A stretch of 64,000 bases of DNA from positions 1 through 64,000 of the forward strand of contig JAJYNW010000026.1 of NCBI GenBank assembly GCA_021786105.1, given 5' to 3'. Below the pieces are notes generated by a model, which was not told where the DNA came from, did not search any database, and worked only from the letters and a program-made list of their open reading frames with translations. A program made the position numbers and the translations under genes. Source of the DNA: a bacterium (lineage in GTDB: Bacteria; Patescibacteriota; Microgenomatia; Daviesbacterales; UBA10151). How positions within the stretch are numbered: position 1 is the first letter of the stretch; the number at the start of each line of letters is the position of its first letter. This document shows positions 39,397 through 49,032 of the stretch, in pieces.

Positions 39397-39788
39397 ATTG
39401 TTTCACCTCCTCTCTTGGTTTTGTTTTGAGAACTCCTTTGATATCCTTCTAAAAACTTGTGAATAAGTTTGTCAGTTTCTATAAGAGAAAAGGCTGCTTC
39501 TTTGAGGAACTCTTGACCATTTGGGGTGATAGTATAAACTCTTCTATCGGGACGAGTCTCGTTTTTATCCCATTCGGACTCTACCCACCCCATTGCTTCC
39601 ATCCGTCTTAGAGTTCGATAGAGATTACCAATATCAACCTTTTCTCCGCAGTGTTTCTCTAAACCTTCCATTAAACCATACCCGTGAGATGAGCCTTTGG
39701 AGAGGAGGAGGAGAATGCATGGTTCTACAAATCGCTCAATTGTGCCAAAATCCCTTGATCGGAAAGAACAACCGCAAGTTCTGCACAT
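39393..39788 (-). CDS. PadR-family regulator (cargo)
   Basis: 'HGYGL..GNLYRTLRRME..RRVYTIT..G'; promoter TTGACA-17-TATGAT with palindrome ATCATATATGAT. Confidence 0.9.
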   Translation of the reverse strand: MCRTCGCSFRSRDFGTIERFVEPCILLLLSKGSSHGYGLMEGLEKHCGEKVDIGNLYRTLRRMEAMGWVESEWDKNETRPDRRVYTITPNGQEFLKEAAFSLIETDKLIHKFLEGYQRSSQNKTKRGGETI

Positions 39789-39823
39789 ATATGTAAATAT
39801 CATATATGATGCTGTAGTTTTTG

Positions 39824-39973
39824 TCAACGGAAAATGAGGAACAAGATTACACCAATACCAATAATTAAAATCACACTTATAACCCAAGCAAAATAATTAG
39901 TTTCGCTTCTGCGTTCTTCGATAGCACTGTAACTAAATGGCAGTTTTTCTTCTTTCTTGAAAAACTTTCTCAT
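39824..39973 (-). CDS. 49-aa single-TM protein (not in ORF track)
   Basis: MRKFFKKEEKLPFSYSAIEERRSETNYFAWVISVILIIGIGVILFLIFR. Confidence 0.6.
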   Translation of the reverse strand: MRKFFKKEEKLPFSYSAIEERRSETNYFAWVISVILIIGIGVILFLIFR

Positions 39974-39996
39974 CTTTAAACTATTTTAGCAAAAAC

Positions 39997-41730
39997 CTAC
40001 AAAGGTGGGTAATTGGCATCTAAATACTGCGAAAGATAATAATTAAATCCCGTCATTGTTAAATTTTTTGCTTTTTCGTTGTACATATTTTTGATTGACT
40101 GATTAAAGCCATGCCAATTGCTTACTCCTTGAGCAAACACTGTGCGCCATGACTGTTGATGATAAGTCTTTGGATTATAAGGATAAAAAGGTGGTGAGAC
40201 TTGGCGTCCCCACCATTGCTCCTGAAAAGTGGCAACGTTGCCAAGTTTGCCTCTTACTTTCAAAGCTAGGAAGTCATACATTCCATGAGGCCTTGTCCAC
40301 GGAGGGATTGGATTTTCTATTTCATAGATTAGGCTTTTTGTTATTAACCCAGCTGTTAATACAGTGTATTGAAGTGATTTTGTATCGCTCAACGATTTTA
40401 TAAGGGCATACTTGAGGCTTCTTGTTATAGCGTCCGGTGTAACTTTGACGCTGTATTTCAAGGGCTTAGTTTTGGCAGCAGGCGTTATCTTAATCGCGTA
40501 TTTAAGTAATTTAGTGCTGATTATATTAACTATCACGGCGTACCTGAGAAGTTTTGTTTTTGTCGATGGAATAGTTTTTACAGCATATTGCAAAGATTTA
40601 TTTTTTGCGGTAGGTGTTGTTTTAACTGCATATTTAAGATTTTTTTGAATATCTGTTGGCGTTGTTACAACTGGTTTATAGTCAACAATTACCCATACAT
40701 CCTCAATAGTCATTAGCACTGACCCAGAAGTGGTTTGTTTTCCGCCTACTTCCATGCTATTTAAGAGGGCAAGAGTTAATGCTGAATTTATATGGCTGTA
40801 GTAATAATCATCAGATGTTGTAAGTATGACTGAATTTTCGGTTAAAACAGAGTTATAAATAAAATTCATGGCATAAGTTGCAGCTGTACCGGTGCCTCGT
40901 TTAGCAACATAATAAATCCCTGCGGCATTGATAGTGTCGTTTGCGCCAATGGTCTGATTTCCATGACCGGTTTGAGTTGTATTAAAAGCGGAAATTAGTT
41001 TAGTTTGTCTGCTTGGGATACCGGAATTAACAGAAGTGGCTTTGTTGGTAGTGCTAAAAGGTGTATCTGCCCAATAAGGGTCTGTTCCAACTTTAGTCCA
41101 CGCGTTATATGTTGGCGTTCCTATTTTTGGCTGTCTGGCAATAACTCGCCCAGCTCCACAATAAGCGCTGTCATCTTCTGATATGTCATCAAAGTCAATT
41201 TGTTGCGCTGCGGTCCTAAAACCATAACCTGCACCTGTTATAGCGGCCGCAGCCATTGTCAGAGAAGTAAAAGTCAATGTTTCAATAACTGTGTCATTTG
41301 CATCTGTAAATCTTACCTCGATTGTGCCATTACTAGCTGTTCCACAAATTATCTTTACCTCAACCCGAAACCAGCCATTAAGAGGTATAGAATTGGTAGA
41401 TGCTCCTAAGAGTGTACCCGCAGAGCTTCCATTTCTTATTTTAATTTTACCTGTTGAAGATAATTGAAGCGTGACTATTCCTGTGTTGCCGTTTATTGTC
41501 TGCCAGAAGACATTATCTGCGCTGGGATTAGCAAGAATATAGGCATAGAACCTATAAAACATTGTGGCTTTGGAATAAATGATAAAATCAAAGAAAGCAT
41601 TAGTTGAAGTGCACCTATAAGCATATCCGCCGGTTCTTACATTGGCGCTCTGAACGCTACAACCACCACCCGGAGTTGCTGTTTCGCTTATGCTGCCTGT
41701 TTCCGCACCACCTAACCAAATACTTGCCAT
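39997..41730 (-). CDS. Adhesin/fibre-like protein with C-terminal capsid-like domain
   Basis: Thr/Ser/Gly-rich beta domains, 8 KxLxYxV repeats, C-terminus homologous to 37444..37785. Confidence 0.6.
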   Translation of the reverse strand: MASIWLGGAETGSISETATPGGGCSVQSANVRTGGYAYRCTSTNAFFDFIIYSKATMFYRFYAYILANPSADNVFWQTINGNTGIVTLQLSSTGKIKIRNGSSAGTLLGASTNSIPLNGWFRVEVKIICGTASNGTIEVRFTDANDTVIETLTFTSLTMAAAAITGAGYGFRTAAQQIDFDDISEDDSAYCGAGRVIARQPKIGTPTYNAWTKVGTDPYWADTPFSTTNKATSVNSGIPSRQTKLISAFNTTQTGHGNQTIGANDTINAAGIYYVAKRGTGTAATYAMNFIYNSVLTENSVILTTSDDYYYSHINSALTLALLNSMEVGGKQTTSGSVLMTIEDVWVIVDYKPVVTTPTDIQKNLKYAVKTTPTAKNKSLQYAVKTIPSTKTKLLRYAVIVNIISTKLLKYAIKITPAAKTKPLKYSVKVTPDAITRSLKYALIKSLSDTKSLQYTVLTAGLITKSLIYEIENPIPPWTRPHGMYDFLALKVRGKLGNVATFQEQWWGRQVSPPFYPYNPKTYHQQSWRTVFAQGVSNWHGFNQSIKNMYNEKAKNLTMTGFNYYLSQYLDANYPPL

Positions 41731-41733
41731 TTT

Positions 41734-42150
41734 TTAGCTCACCTCCAAATTGTCTAAATTATCAGTTGTTATCAGTTCATCGTTTGGCATAATAGCCATT
41801 AAAGATTTTTGCGTTCTGCCAAAAAACTTTTTCTCAAAGCCGAAACAATAGATTTTTATTTTTTTCTCCTCACTGGTTCCAACATTTAAGACAATGTTTC
41901 TATAAAAATGAATTAGTTTCATGGTCTTGGGATTAAAAATTAAAGTAAAAGCAGGTAGGCTTTCGGGGTTGACCATTTTGAAGGATAGAAGTTTCGACTG
42001 GTCTATTTCTCTAAACTGATGGAAAATTCCGTTATCATCAAATTGTTTTAAGAGACTACCATCAATGTAGTGAGCTTCCCAACACCAACGCTCTTTTATA
42101 ACATTTTCAACTTGTCCTGTTTCTGGCCTTTGGAAAATATAGTTTTGCAT
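41734..42150 (-). CDS. Hypothetical phage-type protein
   Basis: 'WEAHYIDGSLLKQFD..KLIHFYR..YCFGF'. Confidence 0.65.
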   Translation of the reverse strand: MQNYIFQRPETGQVENVIKERWCWEAHYIDGSLLKQFDDNGIFHQFREIDQSKLLSFKMVNPESLPAFTLIFNPKTMKLIHFYRNIVLNVGTSEEKKIKIYCFGFEKKFFGRTQKSLMAIMPNDELITTDNLDNLEVS

Positions 42151-42181
42151 AGTATTGCATTGGAAAGCATGGTATTACTTC

Positions 42182-42682
42182 TCACGCTGTCTCATCATAT
42201 TGGTAATTCATGGTACTGGTTGATCCAGCAGTATCACCGGCGTTTGATTGAATCTGGTGTACCAGATAATCAGATGATCCGGCGGCAAGGAGCGATCCTC
42301 CGAGTGATCCGGAAATTCCTAAGTTTGCAGAAGCTGGGGCGGAAGTTGGCATGGTTTGTGTAGCGACACTTGACGCAGAAGCAATCGGTGTCGCGTAAGT
42401 TGCTTGTGCATACGATGAAGTTCTGGCATTAGTTTTATGAACTGCTGATCCGCCAAGTGCGCTTGTTCTCCATATTTTAAGATTGTCAATCTTTGAAGAA
42501 CCACCCATTGCGGTTACATGGATTTTTTGCCACTTCTCAAAGGTATTATTCCCCGGAGTAAGCGGATTAGCGACCGGATCAAGATTAACCGCGTCAGTTG
42601 AACCCATATTGGTATTTGTTATATTGTGGGTTAGAGTTTCCCCTACGCCGTTTGCTTCGTCTATTTCTACTGTTGCTGCCAT
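42182..42682 (-). CDS. Hypothetical structural-like protein
   Basis: 166 aa, Ala/Ser/Thr-rich beta composition, ends 'YQYDETA'. Confidence 0.6.
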   Translation of the reverse strand: MAATVEIDEANGVGETLTHNITNTNMGSTDAVNLDPVANPLTPGNNTFEKWQKIHVTAMGGSSKIDNLKIWRTSALGGSAVHKTNARTSSYAQATYATPIASASSVATQTMPTSAPASANLGISGSLGGSLLAAGSSDYLVHQIQSNAGDTAGSTSTMNYQYDETA

Positions 42683-42806
42683 AAGATACTTTATGATTGT
42701 AGCTGTAAATGGTAGTTAACTTCGATAAGTTTCCTGTCAGCTTCTGTTAGTTACCGTAATTTCCTTGTACGAAATATCAATAAATAATGATATACTGATT
42801 TTATCT

Positions 42807-43121
42807 ATGAATTCTACCCAGCTACAACTTGAGGCAAAATTATTTAAAGGCTTTGGCGATCCGTCTCGTCTTGCGATATTGGAAGTTATTGCAGAGAAAC
42901 CAATCACTGTTTCAGAAATTGTAGAGCAAACGGAATTTTCTCAACCAAATGTCTCAATGCACTTAGCCTGTCTTTTGGATTGCGGGTTAGTCCAAAAAAG
43001 GAAAGAAGGTAGAAATATCTATTACCAACTTTCAGGAGACGAAGTAAAAGAAGTAATAAATACTGCCAGAAAAATTATCAGCGCTCATTCAAAAGAGTTG
43101 TTTGAGTGCACCAGATATTAA
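42807..43121 (+). CDS. ArsR/SmtB-family regulator (cargo)
   Basis: 'FKGFGDPSRLAIL..SQPNVSMHLACL..GR..YY'; upstream palindrome ATATCA-N8-TGATAT. Confidence 0.92.
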   Translation: MNSTQLQLEAKLFKGFGDPSRLAILEVIAEKPITVSEIVEQTEFSQPNVSMHLACLLDCGLVQKRKEGRNIYYQLSGDEVKEVINTARKIISAHSKELFECTRY

Positions 43122-43151
43122 GATAATAAGAATTTGACTCATACTATCGCA

Positions 43152-45029
43152 ATGGGAAAAATAATTGCTTATTTGCATAATCGGAAAGTTGCTACTTCAG
43201 CCGCAAGCTGGCTTGTGCTTATTCTTACAATTTTTCTCGGATACCTCGGGGTTGAATTAAAATATCTGATTCCGGTTTATCTTACCGGCATAATTGTTGG
43301 CGGATTTTTCTTTGGCAGAGAAGCGGTTGAAAAGCTCTTCAAGGGAAAAGTTGGCATTGAACTTTTGATGTCAGTGGGTATTGTTGGTGCTGCTGCATTA
43401 GGAGAATGGCGGGAGTCTCTCCTTCTGGTCGGTCTTTACTCTATCTCAGAAGCTATCGAAAGTTTCATTTCTGATAAAACCAGAAATGCTATTCGGTCTC
43501 TCATGGATTTAGTGCCTAAGAAGGCGTTAGTAAAGCAAAACGGAAAAACAGAGTATATTTTGGCAGAAAGGCTTCAAGTTGGCGATATTTTTATTGTCAA
43601 AGCCGGTGAGTCAATTGCTACCGATGGTTTTATTTATATAGGTGGTGCTTCTATCAATCAAGCTGCAGTAACTGGTGAGTCCATCCCTATATTTAAAAAG
43701 GAGGGTGAGCCGGTGTTTGCTGGGACTTTGAACGAAGATGGTTATATCGAAGTCAAAGCCACTAAGAAGTTTTCGGAAAATACTATCTCCAAGATTATTC
43801 GTCTGGTTGAAGAGGCGCAGGAGAGTAAAGGCAAGAGACAGCAGATGGTGGAAAAGTTCGCTTATACATTTTCTCCAATAGTCTTGGGAGTTTCTATTAT
43901 TATGCCTTTCGGTCTCCTTCTCTTAGGTTTCCCCTTACCTGATGCTTTGGTGAGAGCAGTCACCTTTGTAGTTGCCGCCTCTCCTTGTGCCTTTGCGGTA
44001 TCCGTACCAGTGGCGTTTGCAGCAGCGATAGGAACTTCTGCGAAAAATGGAGTTTTGGTAAAAGGCGGGGTCTATTTAGAGGAGTTGGCCGATACTAAGA
44101 TGGTTGCTTTTGACAAAACCGGCACTCTCACGACAGGCAAACCAGTAGTAACAGATACCCTTCCTCTTAATAAGCTAACCCATAAAAGGTTTTTGCAAAT
44201 TGCTGGTGGACTGGCTGCCAATTCATCGCATCCTTTGAGCCGAGCGGTTCAAGCAGCACTGCAACAAGAAGAGATAAAACCATTAACTGCCACCAATTAT
44301 CATACAATGGCCGGTGAAGGCGTCAGAGGAGATATAGACGGAAAGACAATTTATCTTGGCAGTCCTAATTTATTCGAAAGATTAGGACATACTATAGCGG
44401 AGATAAAAGAACTTGAGCAATTCTCTTCTGAAGGTAAAACTGTTGTATTTGCAGGCACAAAAGCAAAACTGCTAGGGTTAGTTGCTATTGCGGATTCTCC
44501 TAGAATTGAAGCAAAAGAAACAATTGGAAAACTTAAAGAGTTAGAAGTTCAAAATGTCATGCTCACGGGTGATCATGAATTAGTAGGAAAAAGCATTGGA
44601 AAAGAATTGGGAGTGGATAAGATTATTGCCGAGCTGAAACCAGACCAAAAGGTAGAGAAAATTAAAGAATTAAAAAATAAATACCAGCATATAGCTATGA
44701 TTGGTGATGGGATCAACGATGCACCAGCACTAGCCGAATCATCAGTTGGTCTTGCTATGGGAACTGCCGGAACAGATGCCGCACTTGAGGCTGCGGATGT
44801 AGCGATTATGGGCGATGACTTGACTAAAATCCCTTATGCCATTCGGCTCTCCCGATATGCCAAAAAGATAGTTTTCCAAAACCTAATTTTTTCAACAGTT
44901 CTTCAAGGGGTTGCAATGGTGTTAGCAATCTTCATGCTTTTATCAGTAAGTCAGATATTATTTATTGATGAGTTCGGCGAAGTGTTAGTTGTCTTAAACG
45001 GACTTCGCCTACTCAATGGGAAAGTATAA
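43152..45029 (+). CDS. P1B-type heavy-metal ATPase with SPC motif (cargo)
   Basis: TGES, SPC, DKTGT, HP, GDGINDAP. Confidence 0.95.
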   Translation: MGKIIAYLHNRKVATSAASWLVLILTIFLGYLGVELKYLIPVYLTGIIVGGFFFGREAVEKLFKGKVGIELLMSVGIVGAAALGEWRESLLLVGLYSISEAIESFISDKTRNAIRSLMDLVPKKALVKQNGKTEYILAERLQVGDIFIVKAGESIATDGFIYIGGASINQAAVTGESIPIFKKEGEPVFAGTLNEDGYIEVKATKKFSENTISKIIRLVEEAQESKGKRQQMVEKFAYTFSPIVLGVSIIMPFGLLLLGFPLPDALVRAVTFVVAASPCAFAVSVPVAFAAAIGTSAKNGVLVKGGVYLEELADTKMVAFDKTGTLTTGKPVVTDTLPLNKLTHKRFLQIAGGLAANSSHPLSRAVQAALQQEEIKPLTATNYHTMAGEGVRGDIDGKTIYLGSPNLFERLGHTIAEIKELEQFSSEGKTVVFAGTKAKLLGLVAIADSPRIEAKETIGKLKELEVQNVMLTGDHELVGKSIGKELGVDKIIAELKPDQKVEKIKELKNKYQHIAMIGDGINDAPALAESSVGLAMGTAGTDAALEAADVAIMGDDLTKIPYAIRLSRYAKKIVFQNLIFSTVLQGVAMVLAIFMLLSVSQILFIDEFGEVLVVLNGLRLLNGKV

Positions 45030-45051
45030 ATTTGGATGGGAGGTGATAAAC

Positions 45052-45255
45052 ATGATTAAACAAGCGATTAAATATTGGTCAGAGCATGTTATTTTATCGA
45101 GCCTCTCTCACGCTCTGGGAGGATTTGGGGCAGCACTATTGTTGCAACATTATCTAGTTGGCAATGCCTTTTTACCAACGATCGTTGGGTGGGTAGCTCT
45201 TGGTTTTACGGCAGTTACTCACTTCTTTGCTTATACGAGTAGCAACGGCCGTTAA
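45052..45255 (+). CDS. Small membrane protein (cargo)
   Basis: Two TM helices, SD GGAGGTGA. Confidence 0.6.
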   Translation: MIKQAIKYWSEHVILSSLSHALGGFGAALLLQHYLVGNAFLPTIVGWVALGFTAVTHFFAYTSSNGR

Positions 45256-45307
45256 GTGAAAGATTTATAATTTTATTTAGATCTGCTTACAAAGCAGGAA
45301 GAAGTTT

Positions 45308-46246
45308 ATGGCGCTAATGGATGAATTAAAAATAAACCCTCAAGTCGAGGTTGAGAAGATAGAAAAATTTATCTCAACACAGCTTGAAGATTTAGGGAAA
45401 GATGGAGTTGTTCTAGGGTTAAGTGGAGGATTGGATTCTTCTGTCTGTGCCTATCTATGCACACGGGTATTGAGCAAAGATAAAATCTTTACCCTTATTT
45501 TACCCGAGAAGGACAACAACCCGCTCAACATGGAGCACGCCGAACTCATCTCAAAAACCTTGCGGTTGACAACAAAAACTATAAATCTTACATCCTTCCT
45601 TGAACAAATCGGGGTTTACCAGCTTTTTACAGACGAAGAAAGAGGCAATAGAGAAAAAGTGGAAAAGTTGATAAAAGGCCTGACGAAAGTGCTCAAAACG
45701 CCCTCTCTCTACACCACTGGTATGTCTTTTCAGTACGGCGGAAGATTTGGGTTAAAAGAAAAAATAGAAAGAAAGTTTTTACTACCCTACTCGAAGAAAT
45801 TTTTAGCCCTTACTTATGCTAAGGTACGCTTAAGGATGCTGCTTTTATATTATTACGCAGCCCTCAATAACTACTTAGTCATAGGAACAACCGACAAGAC
45901 TGAGTGGACAGTCGGGTTTTATGATAAATACGGAGATGGGGCGAATGATATTACCCTCCTTCGCCATCTTTACAAGACTCAGATCAGACAGCTTGCCTCT
46001 TACTTAGGCGTTCCCAAAGAAATTATCCAAAAACCGTCTTCTGGCGATTTGATAGCGAAGTTACCTAACGAAGTTATCATGGGATTTTCTTATGAACAAC
46101 TTGATCAAATTCTTTACGGCCTAGAAAGGGGTATGCAAGATAAAAATATAGCCAAGGAGGTGGGTGTCGATATACGGTCAATCCAAGCTATTAAAACAGC
46201 AATTATCATGGAGCAAATTAAACGAAAGATGCCCAGACATCTCTAA
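45308..46246 (+). CDS. nadE: NH3-dependent NAD+ synthetase (cargo)
   Basis: 'GLSGGLDSS', 'KYGDGA.D', 'LYKTQ..LA..LGVP..I..KPS'. Confidence 0.88.
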   Translation: MALMDELKINPQVEVEKIEKFISTQLEDLGKDGVVLGLSGGLDSSVCAYLCTRVLSKDKIFTLILPEKDNNPLNMEHAELISKTLRLTTKTINLTSFLEQIGVYQLFTDEERGNREKVEKLIKGLTKVLKTPSLYTTGMSFQYGGRFGLKEKIERKFLLPYSKKFLALTYAKVRLRMLLLYYYAALNNYLVIGTTDKTEWTVGFYDKYGDGANDITLLRHLYKTQIRQLASYLGVPKEIIQKPSSGDLIAKLPNEVIMGFSYEQLDQILYGLERGMQDKNIAKEVGVDIRSIQAIKTAIIMEQIKRKMPRHL

Positions 46247-46266
46247 CATTTTGGGGAACAAAAACT

Positions 46267-46545
46267 ATGTCAAATAAAATACAGGTCAAAAAGCGTGACG
46301 GATCACTTGAAGATTTTGATCAAACAAAAATAGCAAGGGTGGTAACTGTTGCTGGATTAACGCACGAACAAGGACAGAAGCTTGCGGCAGAAATAACTAA
46401 TTGGGCACAAACCAATTCAAACTCATTTATAACTTCGTTCCAGATTAGAGATAAGGTGATCGAAGAATTACGCAAACTTAACCCAAACGCTGCTAATCTT
46501 TATGCATGGTACGAAAAAACTAAGGGGGAAAAGTTACATGAGTGA
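46267..46545 (+). CDS. ATP-cone domain protein (cargo)
   Basis: 'VKKRDGSLEDFDQTKI'. Confidence 0.85.
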   Translation: MSNKIQVKKRDGSLEDFDQTKIARVVTVAGLTHEQGQKLAAEITNWAQTNSNSFITSFQIRDKVIEELRKLNPNAANLYAWYEKTKGEKLHE

Positions 46546-46819
46546 CTTACAGCTCAAAGACCCTAAAAAACCGTCTGGACCTGTTATAGTGCGTGGCTAT
46601 AAAGTCTATGTAGACAGGAACATCTGCATAGGAGCAGCTACCTGTATTGCCGTTGCCCCCAAAACCTTTGCTCTCGACGATGAGGCAAAAGCAGTCATTT
46701 TAGATACTGCCGATCAAGAAACTATAGAAACGATAATTATGGCTGCGCAATCTTGCCCTGTAAAAGCAATAATCATCGAAGATGAGAAGGGACAAAGGGT
46801 TTTTCCCGAAATTAAGTAG
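46538..46819 (+). CDS. Ferredoxin (cargo)
   Basis: 'CIGAATC..AP..F', 'AAQSCPVKAI'. Confidence 0.9.
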   Translation: MSDLQLKDPKKPSGPVIVRGYKVYVDRNICIGAATCIAVAPKTFALDDEAKAVILDTADQETIETIIMAAQSCPVKAIIIEDEKGQRVFPEIK

Positions 46820-46821
46820 TA

Positions 46822-46906
46822 TTACCGATCAATTGTTGGCAGTAAAACGTTTTCTGCTCTTTTGCTTGTACCTATAATCGGCAGTTAACTTCGATAAACT
46901 TTCTGT
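46822..46906. repeat. Fused relics of both core flanks between two cargo blocks
   Basis: 46822-46858 matches 54918-54954 (30/37); 46863-46906 matches 42694-42737 (35/44); hand alignment. Confidence 0.8.
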
Positions 46907-46959
46907 TGATATTCTATATTCTGCTTACACATAACGTCATTTTTTGATAAAATGAAATT

Positions 46960-47859
46960 ATGAGCGGATCGCATGAGCCACCTACCAATTTAGACAATAA
47001 ATTTAAGATTGGCCTTGTTTTAAATACTAGCTTTACTATTTTTGAATTCATCATGGGGTTTGTATCAGGAAGTTTAGCACTAGTATCTGATGCTTCTCAT
47101 AATTTGACTGATTCACTCTCATTGGTAATTGCCTTTTTGGCAAATAAAGTTTCCCGGCGTTCGGCAAACATTGACAAAACCTACGGTTATGGCAGGGTAA
47201 CTATTTTGGCAGCGCTTATCAATGCATTAATCCTTTTTGCTCTTGCCTTTTATATTTTTTATGAGGCGTACCAGCGGATTCTAAAACCTGAGCCGGTTGA
47301 GGGAGGGATTGTAATGATTGTAGCTTTTGTAGGAACTATCATCAATGGAGCAATTGCCTTTACTTTCTTCAAAAATAGGGATGAGTTAAATACTAGAGCA
47401 GCTTTTTTAAGCATGGCCTTTGATACTTTGGCTTCAGTTGGCGCACTTCTGGCAGGGTTTATTATTGTTTTGACCGGCAAGACATTTGTTGATCCATTCA
47501 TTAGTATTCTGATTGGTATCATGTTGGTCTTTAGCGCCTGGGGTGTAGTCAAAGATGGATTGCATGTCCTACTAGACGGAGTCCCTGAAGGTATTGATAC
47601 TGGAAAAGTCAAACAGGCAATTTTAAATATCCCAAACGTTAAAGATCTTGATGATTTACATATTTGGGCAATTTCTTCAACTTCTGCCGCCTTGAGTTGC
47701 CATTTGGTGATAAAAGAGTGTTCTCTTGCCGAAAGTCTGAGGATAAAGGAAGAGGTTAAAGAAATGTTATCTAGGCAGTTTCATATAGACCACGCAACGA
47801 TTGAGATTGAACTAATAGAAGGCCCGCATCACAACGAAAGAACTGATGAGGGTATGTAG
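46960..47859 (+). CDS. CzcD-like cation diffusion facilitator (cargo)
   Basis: 'SDASHNLTD', 'TYGYGR', 'DLHIWAIS'. Confidence 0.92.
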   Translation: MSGSHEPPTNLDNKFKIGLVLNTSFTIFEFIMGFVSGSLALVSDASHNLTDSLSLVIAFLANKVSRRSANIDKTYGYGRVTILAALINALILFALAFYIFYEAYQRILKPEPVEGGIVMIVAFVGTIINGAIAFTFFKNRDELNTRAAFLSMAFDTLASVGALLAGFIIVLTGKTFVDPFISILIGIMLVFSAWGVVKDGLHVLLDGVPEGIDTGKVKQAILNIPNVKDLDDLHIWAISSTSAALSCHLVIKECSLAESLRIKEEVKEMLSRQFHIDHATIEIELIEGPHHNERTDEGM

Positions 47860-47861
47860 AT

Positions 47862-48644
47862 ATGAAAAATTTATTTTCTGGAAAATGGTTTATTGCTATA
47901 AAGGTGCTTCCATGGGTTGTAGGGATTATTCTCCTCAAGCTAGTACTTGATAAATTTGGTTTGGAGCCGTTATCTTTAAGCCCGCTTTTTAATAGTATCA
48001 TTGCAGCTAATGTATTTTTGTTAGGATTTCTGCTTGCCGGAACACTGGCTGATTACAAAGAGAGCGAGCGTTTACCAGGAGAATTGGCAGCCAGTATTGA
48101 AACACTGTATGACGAATTTGAAATTACCTACAAGAATAAAAAATCACCTGTTGCTAAAAACGCCATCGCTCTTTTGGGTGATTTTAATACCTTGCTTATC
48201 AACTGGTTTTATAAAAAAGAACGGACAAAAACGCTGATGGATAAAATATGCCGCTTTAATGATCTTTTTCTTGACCTTGAACGCCTCACCCAGCCGAACT
48301 TTATTGCCAGACTCAAACAGGAGCAACACAACATTCGTCGCAATCTAATCCGCATACATACAATCAGAGAGACATCATTTGTTGCGGCTGGTTATGCAGT
48401 TGCCGAAATTACGACGGGGCTTCTTATTCTTGGATTTCTTTTTGCCAAAATTGAACCATTCTATGAATCACTTTTCTTTGTTGGGGCGACAACTTTTTTG
48501 ATGATTTATATGATTGCGCTTATTAAAGATTTGGATAATCCGTTCGATCACTATACAGACGGAAAAGAGACAACCGTTGTTTCATTGAAACCCTTGAAAG
48601 ATGTAGAAGAAAGAATAAAAGAGGAGTTAAAAAGGATAAAATAA
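47862..48644 (+). CDS. Membrane protein, bestrophin-like (cargo)
   Basis: TM helices, 'DLDNPF'. Confidence 0.55.
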   Translation: MKNLFSGKWFIAIKVLPWVVGIILLKLVLDKFGLEPLSLSPLFNSIIAANVFLLGFLLAGTLADYKESERLPGELAASIETLYDEFEITYKNKKSPVAKNAIALLGDFNTLLINWFYKKERTKTLMDKICRFNDLFLDLERLTQPNFIARLKQEQHNIRRNLIRIHTIRETSFVAAGYAVAEITTGLLILGFLFAKIEPFYESLFFVGATTFLMIYMIALIKDLDNPFDHYTDGKETTVVSLKPLKDVEERIKEELKRIK

Positions 48645-48654
48645 AGGTGTTCTT

Positions 48655-49032
48655 ATGAAACCTGTAGTCCACGGTGAACTGGAAATACAAATCCTAAAAA
48701 TCATCTGGGAGAAAAAAGACTGTTCTCCAAGAGAAGTGTTGGATGAAATTCAGAAAGAAAGGGATATAGCGCTCACCACAATATCAACGGTCTTAGGGCG
48801 TCTTCATACCAAAAGAGTTTTAATTCGTAAAAAAACCAAGGGGCGAGTGCGTTACTCACCTAAACTTTCCAAAGAAGCCTATGGTGCCAATACCGTAAAA
48901 GAATTTGTGGGTAGCCTGGTAGATTCTTTTGGAAACACAGCGATTACCTCTTTTGCTAAGGGAGTGAAAGGACTACCAGATGACCAATTGAAAAAGTTAA
49001 TTTATTTACTCAGAAAGTATGAAAATAAATAA
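48655..49032 (+). CDS. BlaI/MecI/CopY-family repressor (cargo)
   Basis: 'ELEIQILKIIW..TTISTVLGRL..K..L'. Confidence 0.9.
   Translation: MKPVVHGELEIQILKIIWEKKDCSPREVLDEIQKERDIALTTISTVLGRLHTKRVLIRKKTKGRVRYSPKLSKEAYGANTVKEFVGSLVDSFGNTAITSFAKGVKGLPDDQLKKLIYLLRKYENK

Noticed and set aside
39789-39887. N-terminal extension of the PadR ORF
   Set aside because: It overlaps the PadR promoter and a more credible 49-aa membrane ORF; the true start is probably 39788.
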